NCBI GenBank assembly: GCA_937625935.1
Contig: OW569381.1
Coordinates: forward strand, 387,270-451,269
Length of the DNA stretch: 64,000 nucleotides
Source: Tetramitus jugosus
Taxonomy: Eukaryota > Protista > Heterolobosea
Reading direction: 5' to 3'
Shown here: in pieces, positions 1-11,265 of the stretch
Numbering within the stretch: the first letter of the stretch is position 1
Layout of the letters: each line of letters opens with the position of its first letter
Notes under the pieces: model-generated
Databases searched by the model: none
Seen by the model: only the letters and a program-made list of their open reading frames with translations
Told to the model about the DNA's origin: nothing
Program-made: the position numbers and the translations under genes

Positions 1-1160
1 CATCTCTTCTCTTGACAGTGCAGAAGAGTATTGCTTCTCTCTCAGGCATTCTCATGAAGCGGAGAAACAACAACAACAGCCCACTGCTAATGAAGAGAAC
101 TCGGGCAATGAGAGCTCTCATTGTAAACTTGACGAATATCAAGAGATGATATCAGAGTTGACACAAGGTGAGTATTCACATGTGAATAAACTTGTTAGTA
201 CTTGTTTTCTTTTTTATTTGCGATCACTAATACCAGAAGAATCAATTCATGAAACAGAATGTCAATCAAAGAAGCAGAGAATACTTCAACTAGAAGAAAC
301 TGTTCAAATTGTTCTCAAACTACAACAGGAGAATGAAGAGTTAGTCCAGGACAAGCACACATATCAGAATCAATACAATGAAACCATTCAAGTACTTGAA
401 ACAGAGATTCAAAATCAAGAGTTGAGTCATATTCAAGTCAACCGAATATTTCACAAGCTAACGGAACATGTCAATGAAAAGGTGTTGGACATTGAGAGGC
501 AACAACTGGAATTGTAAGTGATGGACACTAGGTTTACAAACAACAAAGTTTACTAACATCATCTTCCAATGAAACGAAAGGGATCGAGTCATGAAGAAAC
601 TCATTCATTCTAACCAGTGCACCTCGGCTCAAAATAGAGAATTAGTGAAAAGAAATGAGACGATGTCGAAAACATTGAGACAACGAGGGAAAGAAGTGGA
701 CGACATGCACATGGAGCTGGCCAACTGTGAAAGAAGGTTTCAAGATACACTCAACAAGACCAGAATACAGTATGAAGACAAGTTGATGAAGATGTCTTCT
801 GAACTGGATCAATCCAACTCGACCTCACTCGAGCTGTGCAAGCAAAGAATGGTGCAACAAAAGATGGACTATGAGAGACAGATTCAAGAACTAAAGCAAC
901 AGTTGATGGAGCACCAACAGTCTAGCAACAGAGCAAATTCCACAAACAGTAGTGCTGTATCGTCCTCTTTGAGAAGTTCAAGGTCATCTTCTGCCGATCG
1001 CAATTCTACACAATTCATCAGCTCTTCGCTCAATTCGAGTAGAAGCAGTACTCTCACATCCACCAGAAAACTCTCTGTCCTTCCAAATGCTCCCAGTGCG
1101 TCCGGGGAAACCAGGAGCTCTCGAAGAGTCCCTCCAAAACCAGGCATAAAGAGCAAGTAA
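1..1160 (+). CDS. Coiled-coil protein, 5'-partial, multi-exon (introns about 168-236 and 514-580)
   Basis: ORFs 146-517 and 591-1160 join in frame across a GTAAGT...TACTAAC...AAG intron (514-580). The product is heptad/EQK-rich with a Ser-rich tail. Confidence 0.6.
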
Positions 1161-1309
1161 GGGTCATCGGAGATTGTTTCGCGCTTCTCATTAATGCCCC
1201 GAATCGCACCAACAAGCCCGATGGAGTAACAAAACTATCCTCTTCTCTCTTCATAAAAAAACCACACACAACTCACTCAAACAAACAACAACCATCATCA
1301 AACATAAAC

Positions 1310-1534
1310 ATGCCTGCATCAAAGAAGGATATGAAAAAAAAGCAAAAGGCTGCTGACGTCAAGGCAGGTATCGATAGAACTCAAAAGAAACCAGAAAATA
1401 CCACAGCCACTTGCACTCAATGCAAACTCCAACTTCGAACAACAAAGAAAAATGTTGAATTAAAGCAACATTGGGAGTCCAAACACACTGGAAAAACCTT
1501 TGACGAAGTCTTCCCAGGAGAGAAGTACGAATAA
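1310..1534 (+). CDS. Small zinc-finger protein, ZNF706/At2g23090-like
   Basis: 74 aa with a basic N-terminus, CxxC...HWESKH and a C-terminal F..F-P, typical of this family. AAAC-ATG start context. Confidence 0.7.
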   Translation: MPASKKDMKKKQKAADVKAGIDRTQKKPENTTATCTQCKLQLRTTKKNVELKQHWESKHTGKTFDEVFPGEKYE

Positions 1535-1762
1535 ACAACATCATTTATCATCTATCTGTCGTTTTTCTTTTTTGTGAGGCTCGAAGTCATTTTGTTGGTT
1601 TGATTGAAGAGATACAGTAGGAAAATCATTTTTACTCATTGAATGTTCAATGTTGTCGCGAAAAAACGGCAAATCACACAGACAGAGAAAAAAAGCATTT
1701 CGTCACCACACAAACATCCGCTTCAACAACAAAAAGAGAGATTTGAAAAAAAGAAGAAAAAA

Positions 1763-2086
1763 ATGGTCAAAAAGTACACTCATACGCTCATGCACTTCAA
1801 CTACATTGTTCAACCATCTGGCGGTGTCAGTCATCTGATGACAGTTTGTCCCGCACGATTCATCACCAATCAATTCGATGCCGTGAGTCTATATGATCAC
1901 TTTTATTCTGACAATATTGAAGAAAAGAAGGATTTTTTCAAATTCGCAAAGGGTGTCAAACAAGTTGAACCAGAGGTCGATGTCTCCACATGGATGAGCG
2001 ATGAGACCAGAAAGGCATATTTGGAACATTTGCAGAGAATGAAGCAGAAGCAAGCGGCTGCTGCCACTTTGACTGGTTATGAATAA
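1763..2086 (+). CDS. Small hypothetical protein (possibly mitochondrial ribosomal bL31m-like)
   Basis: First good ATG (AAAATGG) at 1763 with codon usage like neighbouring genes. The family guess is weak. Confidence 0.45.
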   Translation: MVKKYTHTLMHFNYIVQPSGGVSHLMTVCPARFITNQFDAVSLYDHFYSDNIEEKKDFFKFAKGVKQVEPEVDVSTWMSDETRKAYLEHLQRMKQKQAAAATLTGYE

Positions 2087-2150
2087 TCATCATTGATGAA
2101 CACTATCTCTCGACCCTAATATCGATATGATCATCACATGTGATCCAAAA

Positions 2151-2543
2151 TCATTGTCTCTCTATCTTTGTCGTCGTCATCATCATTATCATCATCATCC
2201 TTCTCACACGCAAGCTTGTGTGTGCTTGTGTATGTGACTGTGTGTTGTGGTGGTGATGATGACAATGACGCTTAAAATATGACTTGCAAACGGCCAAACA
2301 GTGTGAGTACAAATTATCCATATAAGACCTTATTGTTGATAGATTATTGACTATCGAAGATCGAAAATCCCGACACGTCAATACCAAATTCAACACATCT
2401 TCTACACCAAGGAACGAACCAACTAGATACACAAATAAATCAATATGTATATCGGTTATTCTTACTTTTCTTTTGACTCCAAACTTTACCAATTGTTGGT
2501 GTTGGTTATGTCTTCTTTTGGCGCCTTTTCCTTGTTTTCCCAT
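2151..2543 (-). pseudogene. Truncated, frameshifted F-box-like gene
   Basis: ITDIHIDLFVYLVGSFLGVEDVLNLVLTCRDF is F-box-like. The tail MMMIMMM is an out-of-frame reading of a (GAT)n Asp tract (the other frame reads EKDDDDNDDDDDKDRE), followed by an early stop. Confidence 0.45.
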
Positions 2544-2685
2544 TTGTTCATTGATTTTTTTCATCAAAAAAAACTTGCAAAAAACAGAAAACAAACACTC
2601 TGAAGGACATCGTGAATGCGAGTGACCTGATGATGAGTGTGAGTTTTCTGACGTTTGTCAAATTCTGTCCTATTGATACCATTAG

Positions 2686-3333
2686 AGAGGTGTTGAATTG
2701 TCCGATAACTTGAGTATTCAGATCTCATTGATGACACTTGCTCTTCAAACATATCCTGATAACACTGACTATGTCAACAAGATTATTAATAACATTGCTA
2801 GTCAATTGAATAGCACTGCACTTGCTTCAGATGAAATTGTAGACATGTCGAAGCGATTGTTGTTGGTGCCACTCGAGTCATACAACAATGTGCTAACAGT
2901 TTTGAAGTTGGAGAAGTATGGTGATATTATTCATTCTCTTGGATATGAACAGAGAAAGTTTATTGCACTGAGCATTGTGAGATGCGCACTTGACAATGGA
3001 CACAAGATTTCAACATTTGAACAAGTGAACAAACTGTTTGATTTGATTCGTCCACTGTTGAAGGATGAGGAAGACCAAACAACATTCTCACCTTCTGACG
3101 ACTCACCAATAGCTGCAACATTGCTCGAAGATTTCGAAGAAGAACAGAACTTGATTGCCAGATTGGTTCATTTGTTTGATAATAGCGATACTGATCAATT
3201 GTTTAAAGTTTTGGCCGCAGCCAGAAAGCACTTTGGTCAGGGTGGTGCCAAGAGAATTCAATACACATTGGTACCGCTTGTATTCTCCTACTTGAAACTT
3301 GCTCAGAGAATCTACAATGCACACTGCAAATAG
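2686..3333 (+). pseudogene. VPS35: Internal fragment of retromer subunit VPS35
   Basis: LSIQISLMTLALQTYPD, FEEEQNLIARLVHL and ARKHFGQGGAKRIQYTLVPLVF match the VPS35 middle region. Only about 215 of about 800 aa are present. A retained intron-like segment (GTGAGT 2639...ATTAG 2685) precedes it, and there is no N- or C-terminal part. Confidence 0.75.
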
Positions 3334-3523
3334 ACACCTCTTGTCGACTCTCCATCTTTTTTGATTGATTTGGTTGTTGTTGTTGTTGTTGATGTTCGTT
3401 GTGCGACTTGTGTTTTTCGTTGTTGTTGTTGTCGTGTCAGAGAGAAAGTTTTTCGTTGTCTTTCGTTTGGTTCAAGATTGGATAGATAGGTGGATATATT
3501 ATAAAAAAATACAATAAATGTTG

Positions 3524-5650
3524 TATCAGTTTCCTCTAAGCTGCGGAATTGGTGCAGTTGTAAAAATTTCCGTTGAGACTGTCTTTACAACGACAACGGC
3601 CATCTACCTCGGTTTAAAAAGCGCTGTCTTTTTCGCTGTTTGATTCAACTCACACAACAAATACAACACACAACAAATACAATAACATTATGCCACGAGG
3701 CGTGCCTAAGGACGGCAAGAGAAAGAGAAAGAGAGAGACTGTCAAAAAGAATGAATACTCATCACATTACGTGGTCAAGGTCGGTCTGAAGTCTCTGTTG
3801 TTGCATCATCCAACTCTGTTACCAATCATACAGACTCAAGCTCTGGAGATTACAAGGATTGCTCTTCGACTCACAAGATTTATAAACATATTCGTTTTGA
3901 GGCACTTGGAGTCTGACTATCAAATCCCTTTATTAGATCAAGTGTTTCTTCAAAGATTAGGTTCTGTGTTGTTTGGACGCAATTCAAAACCAAGAGACAA
4001 TAACTTAAGTCTCATCAACGAGTCTGTCAACATGGACGATGTAGTAGTCAAACTCAGAAAGATTTATCAGAGTTTTGCCACGTCCATCAATTATGTTGCC
4101 AGGTCTCTCAATGTCAACATCTCCAACATGCTCAAGTTCACATTGGAACCAAGACTGAGGAAGTATCTGAGGGTCAGAATGAATCAACTACACAGTGACT
4201 CATCTATTCCAAAGTCAGAACAAAGAAGGGTTGTTGAATACATTATCAGAAGGTTGACATTTAGCACTCCTGTCCACGATTTTATCAAATTGCCTCCAAA
4301 AGAGTTGATAGAGACGATTCCTGTGTTGATCCGAGAGGTTCGAACACTTGTTGATGCTAAAACTGATGAAGTAATTGATGAATCATTTGTGAAGAACAAC
4401 ACCAATAACATGCTGAAGTTTTACTGGCATGTTCAACAATTTCTGATCAACAATGATATGAAATCGTTTGCACTACTTCCTTTGTCTCATTTCAAGTGCA
4501 GGTGTATGGAGATTGGCACAAAGGAATTAGTTGATATGCTTAAACAGAAGAAACAAGGAAGACAAAAGAAGGGCGAGGAGTCAACTGAATTGAAGTGTAA
4601 TCTCAAGTGTTTGAATGTTGGAACAAAGAAGATTCAAATCGACTCTATCAGAACTGACGGTATTCAAGCCTCTGTTGTTCTCAGACATCAACTCGTTGGC
4701 AATCACAAGAACAATAAGGCAAAGGAATCCAAGGGCCAGAAAGAAGCAAAGAAGAGAAAGAAAGAAAAAAGTATGAACGAAGGTGCTGAATATTTGGTTG
4801 GGATTGACCCGGGTATTGTTACGTTGGTGAGTTGTGCAGATTCAGATGGCAAGAAGTGGGAGTTGTCTAACAAAACATATAGACATCTGTCCCACCATTC
4901 AAAAAACTCCAAGCGATTGTTGAAATACAAAGCAGAATGGAACGAAATGAATGAGAAGAACTTGGATGAACTCCAAAACTCAATCAAACAGGCCGGTGTA
5001 CCAACAAGTGGTCTGTTCCTTGAACACATCAATTCTGTATTGAAAGTCGAGGACGATTTGTTGAATTTTTATTGCACCCCAAAGGTGAAGAGACTGAATT
5101 GGGATAGCTATATAATGAGAGATAAGACGATTGCCAATGTTATGAATGACTTTCGAAAGAGAGCAAATGGAAGAAGCATGTTAATTGGGATGGGCAATGC
5201 TGGTTTTGGTCATTGTTACAAAGGACATGCTCCAACACCAAAAGGAAAGCTATTGAAAAAGTTGAATGAGCACTTCAAAGTGAAAATGATCGACGAGTTC
5301 ATGACAAGTCAGAAATGTCATCATTGCCATTCTCACATGAAGCCAGTCAAGCATAAGAGAATAGACAAGAATGGAACGTTGAATGTCTCTGTCGTCCGAG
5401 GAGTTAAACAGTGTGCAACCACTAAATGTTTAGTGACTCACAACAGAGACATCAATGCGGCCAAGAACATGCTCCATCTACTGAGAACAGAAATGGATGG
5501 ACAGTCACGTCCCGATGCCTTCAAGAGGAAGAAAAAGGTCGCAAAAGAATTAATCAAAATGGTGGAACACCTCCAAGGCTCACTCCATCAAGCTGCTATG
5601 TAAGTCCCGATTATGTAGGAGCGTTAAGGTGTCTTCTCGGGAAATCATAA
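3524..5650 (+). mobile_element. Non-autonomous Fanzor-carrying element (about 2.1 kb; left end uncertain)
   Basis: No transposase nearby. The right end is inferred from where similarity to the decayed copy ends. The left end is only a weak imperfect inverted repeat (TA|TCAGTTTCC versus GGAAATCA|TA). Confidence 0.4.
3690..5603 (+). CDS. Fanzor1-type (eukaryotic TnpB) RNA-guided DNA endonuclease, 637 aa
   Basis: RuvC-I GIDPG (D373). Gly at the canonical RuvC-II position (IGMGNAG...GHAPTP) with a relocated Glu in IDEFMTS (E536). Zinc finger CHHC...CATTKC, RuvC-III NRDINAAKNM (D587), an upstream RTDG motif, and basic NLS-like tracts (KRKRKR, KKRKK, KRKKK). No intron. Confidence 0.92.
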   Translation: MPRGVPKDGKRKRKRETVKKNEYSSHYVVKVGLKSLLLHHPTLLPIIQTQALEITRIALRLTRFINIFVLRHLESDYQIPLLDQVFLQRLGSVLFGRNSKPRDNNLSLINESVNMDDVVVKLRKIYQSFATSINYVARSLNVNISNMLKFTLEPRLRKYLRVRMNQLHSDSSIPKSEQRRVVEYIIRRLTFSTPVHDFIKLPPKELIETIPVLIREVRTLVDAKTDEVIDESFVKNNTNNMLKFYWHVQQFLINNDMKSFALLPLSHFKCRCMEIGTKELVDMLKQKKQGRQKKGEESTELKCNLKCLNVGTKKIQIDSIRTDGIQASVVLRHQLVGNHKNNKAKESKGQKEAKKRKKEKSMNEGAEYLVGIDPGIVTLVSCADSDGKKWELSNKTYRHLSHHSKNSKRLLKYKAEWNEMNEKNLDELQNSIKQAGVPTSGLFLEHINSVLKVEDDLLNFYCTPKVKRLNWDSYIMRDKTIANVMNDFRKRANGRSMLIGMGNAGFGHCYKGHAPTPKGKLLKKLNEHFKVKMIDEFMTSQKCHHCHSHMKPVKHKRIDKNGTLNVSVVRGVKQCATTKCLVTHNRDINAAKNMLHLLRTEMDGQSRPDAFKRKKKVAKELIKMVEHLQGSLHQAAM

Positions 5651-5670
5651 TTTTTTTATTATGGGTTTTA
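5604..5670 (+). ncRNA. Putative Fanzor omegaRNA 3' scaffold (to about 5650) plus guide from the flank; 5' end unknown and may overlap the CDS
   Basis: TCCCGA (5605-5610) pairs with TCGGGA (5637-5642), and TTATG (5611-5615) pairs with CATAA (5646-5650), giving pseudoknot topology. GCGTTAAGGTG and ATCATAATT recur in the second copy at 50113-50134. Confidence 0.6.
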
Positions 5671-5875
5671 TTTCACCGAACTACATCCTTAAACACATCG
5701 CCTTACAATTAAATCAAATCTACCAAATCTACTTTTTCATGACATGCAACAATGAATTGCATGCATGTTCAATATAATCTATTGACAATACAAAAACATT
5801 TGAAAAACAATTGCTTTATTTATCGTTTTATTTGTTGTTGTTATTGTTCGAATACATTTAGCTGTGTGTGTTCAA

Positions 5876-8401
5876 TTATTGTGCAGAAGCTACACCAGAG
5901 GTGGCAGCAGGTGCAGCTGGTGATGGTGTGAATTGAATGTCCTCTGTTGGCTTTCTCTCCAATTTGCCACCCTTGAGCAGTAGTTGAACCTCTGATCCCG
6001 TCAATGTCTCGTACTCCATCAACGAGTCTGCAATGTGCTTCAATTGAACCTTGTTGGTCGTTAAATCCTTCATTGTTCTCTCATAGTTGTCTTGCAAAAT
6101 TCTTCTCACTTCCAAATCGATTTCTCTCTTGGTCTCTGGACTGCAATTGTCTCTGTGTTCCTTGACTCTGAATGTGCCTAGACCCAAACTGCTCATACCA
6201 TAGGCCTCTACCATGCTGCGAGCAATGTCTGTGGCTCTCTCTAGATCGTTGCTTGCACCAGATGTTACATTGTCCTTTCCAAAGACGAGTTCTTCAGCGA
6301 CGACACCACCCAACAACACTGCAATCTTGGCTTCCATTTCAGCCTTTGTGATGGAAACAGTGTCCTTTCGCTTCAGACTTGCAGCAAAACCGAGAGCTTG
6401 ACCCCGAGGAAGAACAGTGAGCTTGTGCAATTCAGATTCCTTGTCTCTGAGCAGTGTCATGAGTGCGTGACCCGTCTCGTGAACTGCAGTCACATATCGA
6501 TCCTTGGCATCGACGAGATTTCTTCTCTCGAGACCCATGAGAACACGATCAAATGCATGATCGAGATCAGCATTGGTCAATTGTTCGTGCTTGAGCTTAC
6601 TGGCACGAATACTGGCCGTGTTGACAAGATTCTCCAACTCGGCTCCACTGAAACCAACTGTGCGCGATGCAACTCTCTGAATGTCCAAATCGGTCGACAC
6701 TGGAATGTTGTTCAAGTACAGGTTCAAGATATCGACTCTGCCGTGCATGTTGGGCAGTGGGACATGAATCTTCTTATCGAAACGACCTGGTCTAGTCATG
6801 GCAGGATCGAGCACCTCCAAGAAATTGGTTGCACCAATCACTATAATACCATCTGTTGTGTTAAATCCGTCCAACTCACTCAAAAACTGATTGATTGTCT
6901 GTCTGTGATAATTCTCTGATGATACACCTCTCTTGCCACCGAGTGCATCAATCTCATCAATGAAAATGATGGCAGGTGCGTGTTTCTTGGCTGCTTCAAA
7001 CAGTGAAATGATACGCTTGGCACCCAATCCGACCAACATTCCATCAAATTCAGCTCCCGAGGCATAAAAGAAGGGCACACCGGCCTCACCTGCAATCGCC
7101 TTTGCGATCAGAGTCTATACATGGTCACAAATACATGAGTGAGTGAGTGAGTGTGGTTAGTTAGTATTGCATGATGATGTGAGAGAATGAAAAACGAAAA
7201 ACAGCTGAAGTTCAATTGAGAATAGGACAAAACAAACCTTTCCAGTACCCGGAGGTCCACTCAATAAAACACCGCGAGGTAATTTTCCACCGAGTCGGGC
7301 AAATTCCTGCGGATTTTTGAGGAATTCGACAATTTCCATAACTTCGTCCTTGCATTCGTCAATGCCCTTGACATCATCAAACGTCTTCTTGGTGTTGACA
7401 ATGGGTGTGAACTGTGGTGTGAGACCATTGAGCAATGTTGATGTGCCACCATCGGAGAATGGCTTGAACATTTTGAGCAGCACGTAAATGATGGCAATGA
7501 TGAGCACTGTTTTTCCAATACTGGCTGCAAAGCCCTTGGATGGCATCATTCGACGGAAGAAGCCACTGTTGGCACCACTGCCACCCTCACCTTCACCATA
7601 ATATCTCTGTTGTTGTTGTTGATTTGCAAATGATGATGATGATGATTGTTGTGTGGATCGCAACAACTCTGCAAACAGTGCTTGATTGTTCAATAGAGCT
7701 TTGAGTGCTCTGTCTGATGTTTCATTGCTCAGTCCACTACTACTACCACTGCTACTACCACTACCGCCTGCTCGATGTTGTTGTTGACTGGTAAAGGTAG
7801 ATGATGATGAAGGTCGATTGTATCGAGATGAAGAAGAAGCATTGTGATGTGGATCCAACATGTGTCTCGTTGCTCCCAAAACAGCCTATGATTATCATCA
7901 TGATATTGATGATGACGATGAGTACAAAATGAAGAAAACACAATTGATTTGTTAATAAAAATTGCATCAAAAAAGAGTCCACACAATTCAAGTCGATCCT
8001 ATCTAGATCTCTATCTCAATCTATATACATACTTGAGCATACTCAAAATCAACTTGTCTGTTTCTGGCATATTGTTGACTGTCATATCTTCTAATGACTT
8101 CATCAAACTGACCTGTCTCATTCAATTTATGCATGTACAGTGCCTGTGCATCTGCATTGTTGGGATCTTCCTCTGCATGTGACTCTAGGCGATCGAGTTG
8201 AGCACTGCGATAGTATGCAAGCTTATTCGATGATGTAGTTGAGAAGTGTCTCATGGCTGTGTTGTGATGTTGATTGATACATGACGGAGATCCAACATGG
8301 TGAAGGAGTGAAGAGAGAGCAGAAGTAAAGGCAGACTGATTGATTGAAAGTCTGTTGTGAGTGGAGCTGTTGATGGGTAGATGTTTGATAATTTTTTTCA
8401 T
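5876..8401 (-). CDS. YME1: Mitochondrial i-AAA protease YME1/FtsH4-like, 3 exons (introns about 7886-8032 and 7115-7237)
   Basis: Walker A GPPGTGK|TL across an intron, Walker [23 protein letters not shown] zinc motif, and the YME1-type N-terminal segment [10 protein letters not shown]. Confidence 0.9.
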
Positions 8402-9120
8402 AGCTAATTTTTGTTGGGATGATGCGTGTTGTATTTGTGTATGTACAAGCGAAAGGAGTGAGTTAGTTTTTTTTGTGGTAGAGCTTTGTTGTTTGATTGT
8501 GTGCTGCGCTGTTGGAATTCGGATGAATAATGCTTTGCGGATCAAAAAAGATTGTTCCTGGGCTTGAGGCACGTTGAATGAATACAAGCACGAGGTTCTT
8601 CCGATAATGGCGAGTTTGTTTGACCCATGGGAATCCACTCCTTCACAAAGTCACATTCCAAGTGAATCTAATGGATATTGTGATTCATGAACATTGGGCA
8701 CCCTTCGAATACTCTCCTGCATCCTGTGAGGCAGCAAGAATCATTCGTTGAAGTGTTCATTTTGTAAAATTCCTAAAATAAATTTATTTCTCTGCGAATT
8801 TCCTGTAGTCTTGAACTTATTCTCACAAGAAAATACAAATCATACAAAACAGAAAAGTTTGAGTACCGAGAACGTAAGTGTTTCATGTCATGTGACATTT
8901 TTTCCTTTTGACAATGGTGAATAGCTCGTGCATCGTTTGTGATGGACCGCTCTTCCCATTTACTTTTTTTCTCTCAGTCAACTGACCCTTTTTTTTCCCT
9001 CGCAAATCTCGTGATGATCACGACAATTTTTTTCCACTTTTTTTTTTCTGAAACAAACAAACACACATACACACGTACAGTACATCAACTACTACACGCA
9101 CACACAAATACATACAAAAA

Positions 9121-11265
9121 ATGGGTAAAGGCAAAAAATCAAACACACAAAGCAACAACGACATAGACATAAGCTTTAGGAAGTTGGAAATTGAGAGTGC
9201 ACTCTCTTCTTCTTCTTCTTCTCATTCTAGACCAAATATTTCACAAAGAGATCTTGAAACCAAGGTGGCTCAACTCTATGGAGTATTCGATGGTAAAGTA
9301 GAAAGAGGTGACATCAAAAGAGTTCTAGAAGATCATCAATATGATGATGACCTTGCTCTCAACTATCTATTGAGCCACGTGAATCAATGGAACGAAGTCA
9401 AGAAGAAGGTATGTTTTTTTTTCATTCAATCATCCACATGTGTGATCAATGTACATTCTTTTTTTGTATGCAACATGAAGATTCTCACACGCGCATTCTC
9501 TTCCATACAGGACATGGCAAAGAAGTCAAAGAAAAGAACACCATCATCATCATCAGCAGCAGCAACTGCCACACCAAAAGACAACGTAAATACTGCCACC
9601 ACTACCACTGGAACCACTTTTGTACGAAGTGGACCTAGAACTGGCAGAGGAGCTGCTCGTGCCTCTGGTGACTCTCGCAAGAGGAGAGAAACTGGAGAAG
9701 AGGGCGTCGTTGAGTCTACCACCACAAACGAAGTGGCACCACAAAAGACTACCACCACTACCACTACCACTCCTTCTGTTCCAACATTTGCAGACGCTGT
9801 CAACAACAACATAAACGAAAAAGTAGTTTCTAAAGACACTGACGAGTTCTTTGAAGTGGATCGATCAGGAGCAACATCTACCTCTAGCGAAAAAACCACT
9901 AGCAAGAATGCAGCCAAGAAACAAGCAAAGAAGGCTGCTCCATCGTCCTCTTCCACATCCGCCCCAACTCACGCTGAACAAAAGCCTGCAGTCACAACCT
10001 CTACCGCCACCAACGCCACTCCAGTCATGTCCTACAGCCAAGTAGCATCCATTGGTCAATCAACCGCACCAGCTGTCACTGCAACAAACGACAAGCAAAC
10101 AAAGGAGAAGGCTAAGAAGGCAAAGAAGAACAAGCAACTACAACAAGAGAAGCCAGCTTCATCCGAGAGTGTTGCATCTGCTGCTCCAGTCTCCAAGCCT
10201 GCATCTACCACAGCCACAGCCGCTACCACTACTGCTCCAACCACCGCTGCTACTCCTGTAGTCTCCACTGTTACCACTAGTGCTCCGACTGTTTCTCAAA
10301 CAGTTGAACAACCTGTTCCAGTCACATCTGTGCCTGTCGAAGTGACTCCAGTGATCAAGGAACAACAACCAGCTCCAGTTGTTGAAAGTGTTAAGCCAGC
10401 AGTCGTTCAAAGATCCACTGCTCCAGTCACCACTGCTGCCGTTGTCGAACAACAACAACAACCTGTTCAGCAACAACAACAAACAAGACAAAGCGATATC
10501 ATCTTCCCAAATACTACTTCCATGAAGTGGGAGAACAATCGCAGCATTAGTTTAAAGTTTGGCAACTTGGGTGATGATGAAGATGAGCCTTCTGCTCCTT
10601 CCATGAACCAGACTCAAGTGTCTGCACAAAGAGGTGTTCACCACTTCCATCAACACGGTTATCATCCAATGGACCAAAGTGCTTATGCTGGATGGGATGC
10701 ACAACAGCAACAACAACACTACTCTCAACATCAAGAACAACAGGATCAATATGACCAAAGTGCTCAAGATGCAAGCCAAAAGCAAGGACTCCAAAATGGA
10801 CCACACCCAGGCTACTATCATCATCCAGGCTTCTACCCATACATGATGTACGGTCAACAATATCCATTCCCTCAATATGGTCAACATCCTCAAGCAAACA
10901 AGAATGTGTATGGAAACAGATACAATGCTGCTCAACAGGCACATGATGATAAGCAACCAACTGCTGCTCAACAACAACAAGGTGCTACTCAATATGGTGC
11001 TCAACATCCTCAGCCATATTACGGACACTACTACTATCACGAACAACAGCAACAACAACAACAGGAAGTGACCAGAACTAGCCCACCTACAAGTGATGAG
11101 AGCCAACAACAGGGATTGCATCAAGCCTATCCATATCCATACTCTATTCCATACTACTATGGAATGTACCCTGCATCGGCTTACACCCAACAAACACACC
11201 AACAACAGGGTGCTTACCAACAATCTCAACAAGGCCGACAATCAGGCGATTCTTGGAACCAATAA
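9121..11265 (+). CDS. UBA/CUE-domain low-complexity protein (UBAP2L/Def1-like), in-frame intron 9409-9510
   Basis: N-terminal CUE/UBA-like helix (IKRVLEDHQYDDDLALNYLL), T/A/P-rich linker, LKFGNL motif and a Q/Y/H/P-rich prion-like C-terminus. Confidence 0.55.
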   Translation: MGKGKKSNTQSNNDIDISFRKLEIESALSSSSSSHSRPNISQRDLETKVAQLYGVFDGKVERGDIKRVLEDHQYDDDLALNYLLSHVNQWNEVKKKVCFFFIQSSTCVINVHSFFVCNMKILTRAFSSIQDMAKKSKKRTPSSSSAAATATPKDNVNTATTTTGTTFVRSGPRTGRGAARASGDSRKRRETGEEGVVESTTTNEVAPQKTTTTTTTTPSVPTFADAVNNNINEKVVSKDTDEFFEVDRSGATSTSSEKTTSKNAAKKQAKKAAPSSSSTSAPTHAEQKPAVTTSTATNATPVMSYSQVASIGQSTAPAVTATNDKQTKEKAKKAKKNKQLQQEKPASSESVASAAPVSKPASTTATAATTTAPTTAATPVVSTVTTSAPTVSQTVEQPVPVTSVPVEVTPVIKEQQPAPVVESVKPAVVQRSTAPVTTAAVVEQQQQPVQQQQQTRQSDIIFPNTTSMKWENNRSISLKFGNLGDDEDEPSAPSMNQTQVSAQRGVHHFHQHGYHPMDQSAYAGWDAQQQQQHYSQHQEQQDQYDQSAQDASQKQGLQNGPHPGYYHHPGFYPYMMYGQQYPFPQYGQHPQANKNVYGNRYNAAQQAHDDKQPTAAQQQQGATQYGAQHPQPYYGHYYYHEQQQQQQQEVTRTSPPTSDESQQQGLHQAYPYPYSIPYYYGMYPASAYTQQTHQQQGAYQQSQQGRQSGDSWNQ

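Noticed and set aside
3501-5659. 10-bp inverted repeat ATAAAAAAAT / ATTTTTTTAT as the Fanzor element's terminal inverted repeat
   Set aside because: Low-complexity A/T runs in AT-rich intergenic DNA; the match does not extend in either direction.
5651-5670. Target site for the predicted Fanzor guide within this window
   Set aside because: No convincing match seen by eye; the partial ATGGGTTTT near 24707 is too short and AT-rich.
2100-5750. Helitron carrying Fanzor and captured fragments
   Set aside because: No Rep/helicase gene and no convincing GC-rich hairpin plus CTRR 3' end.
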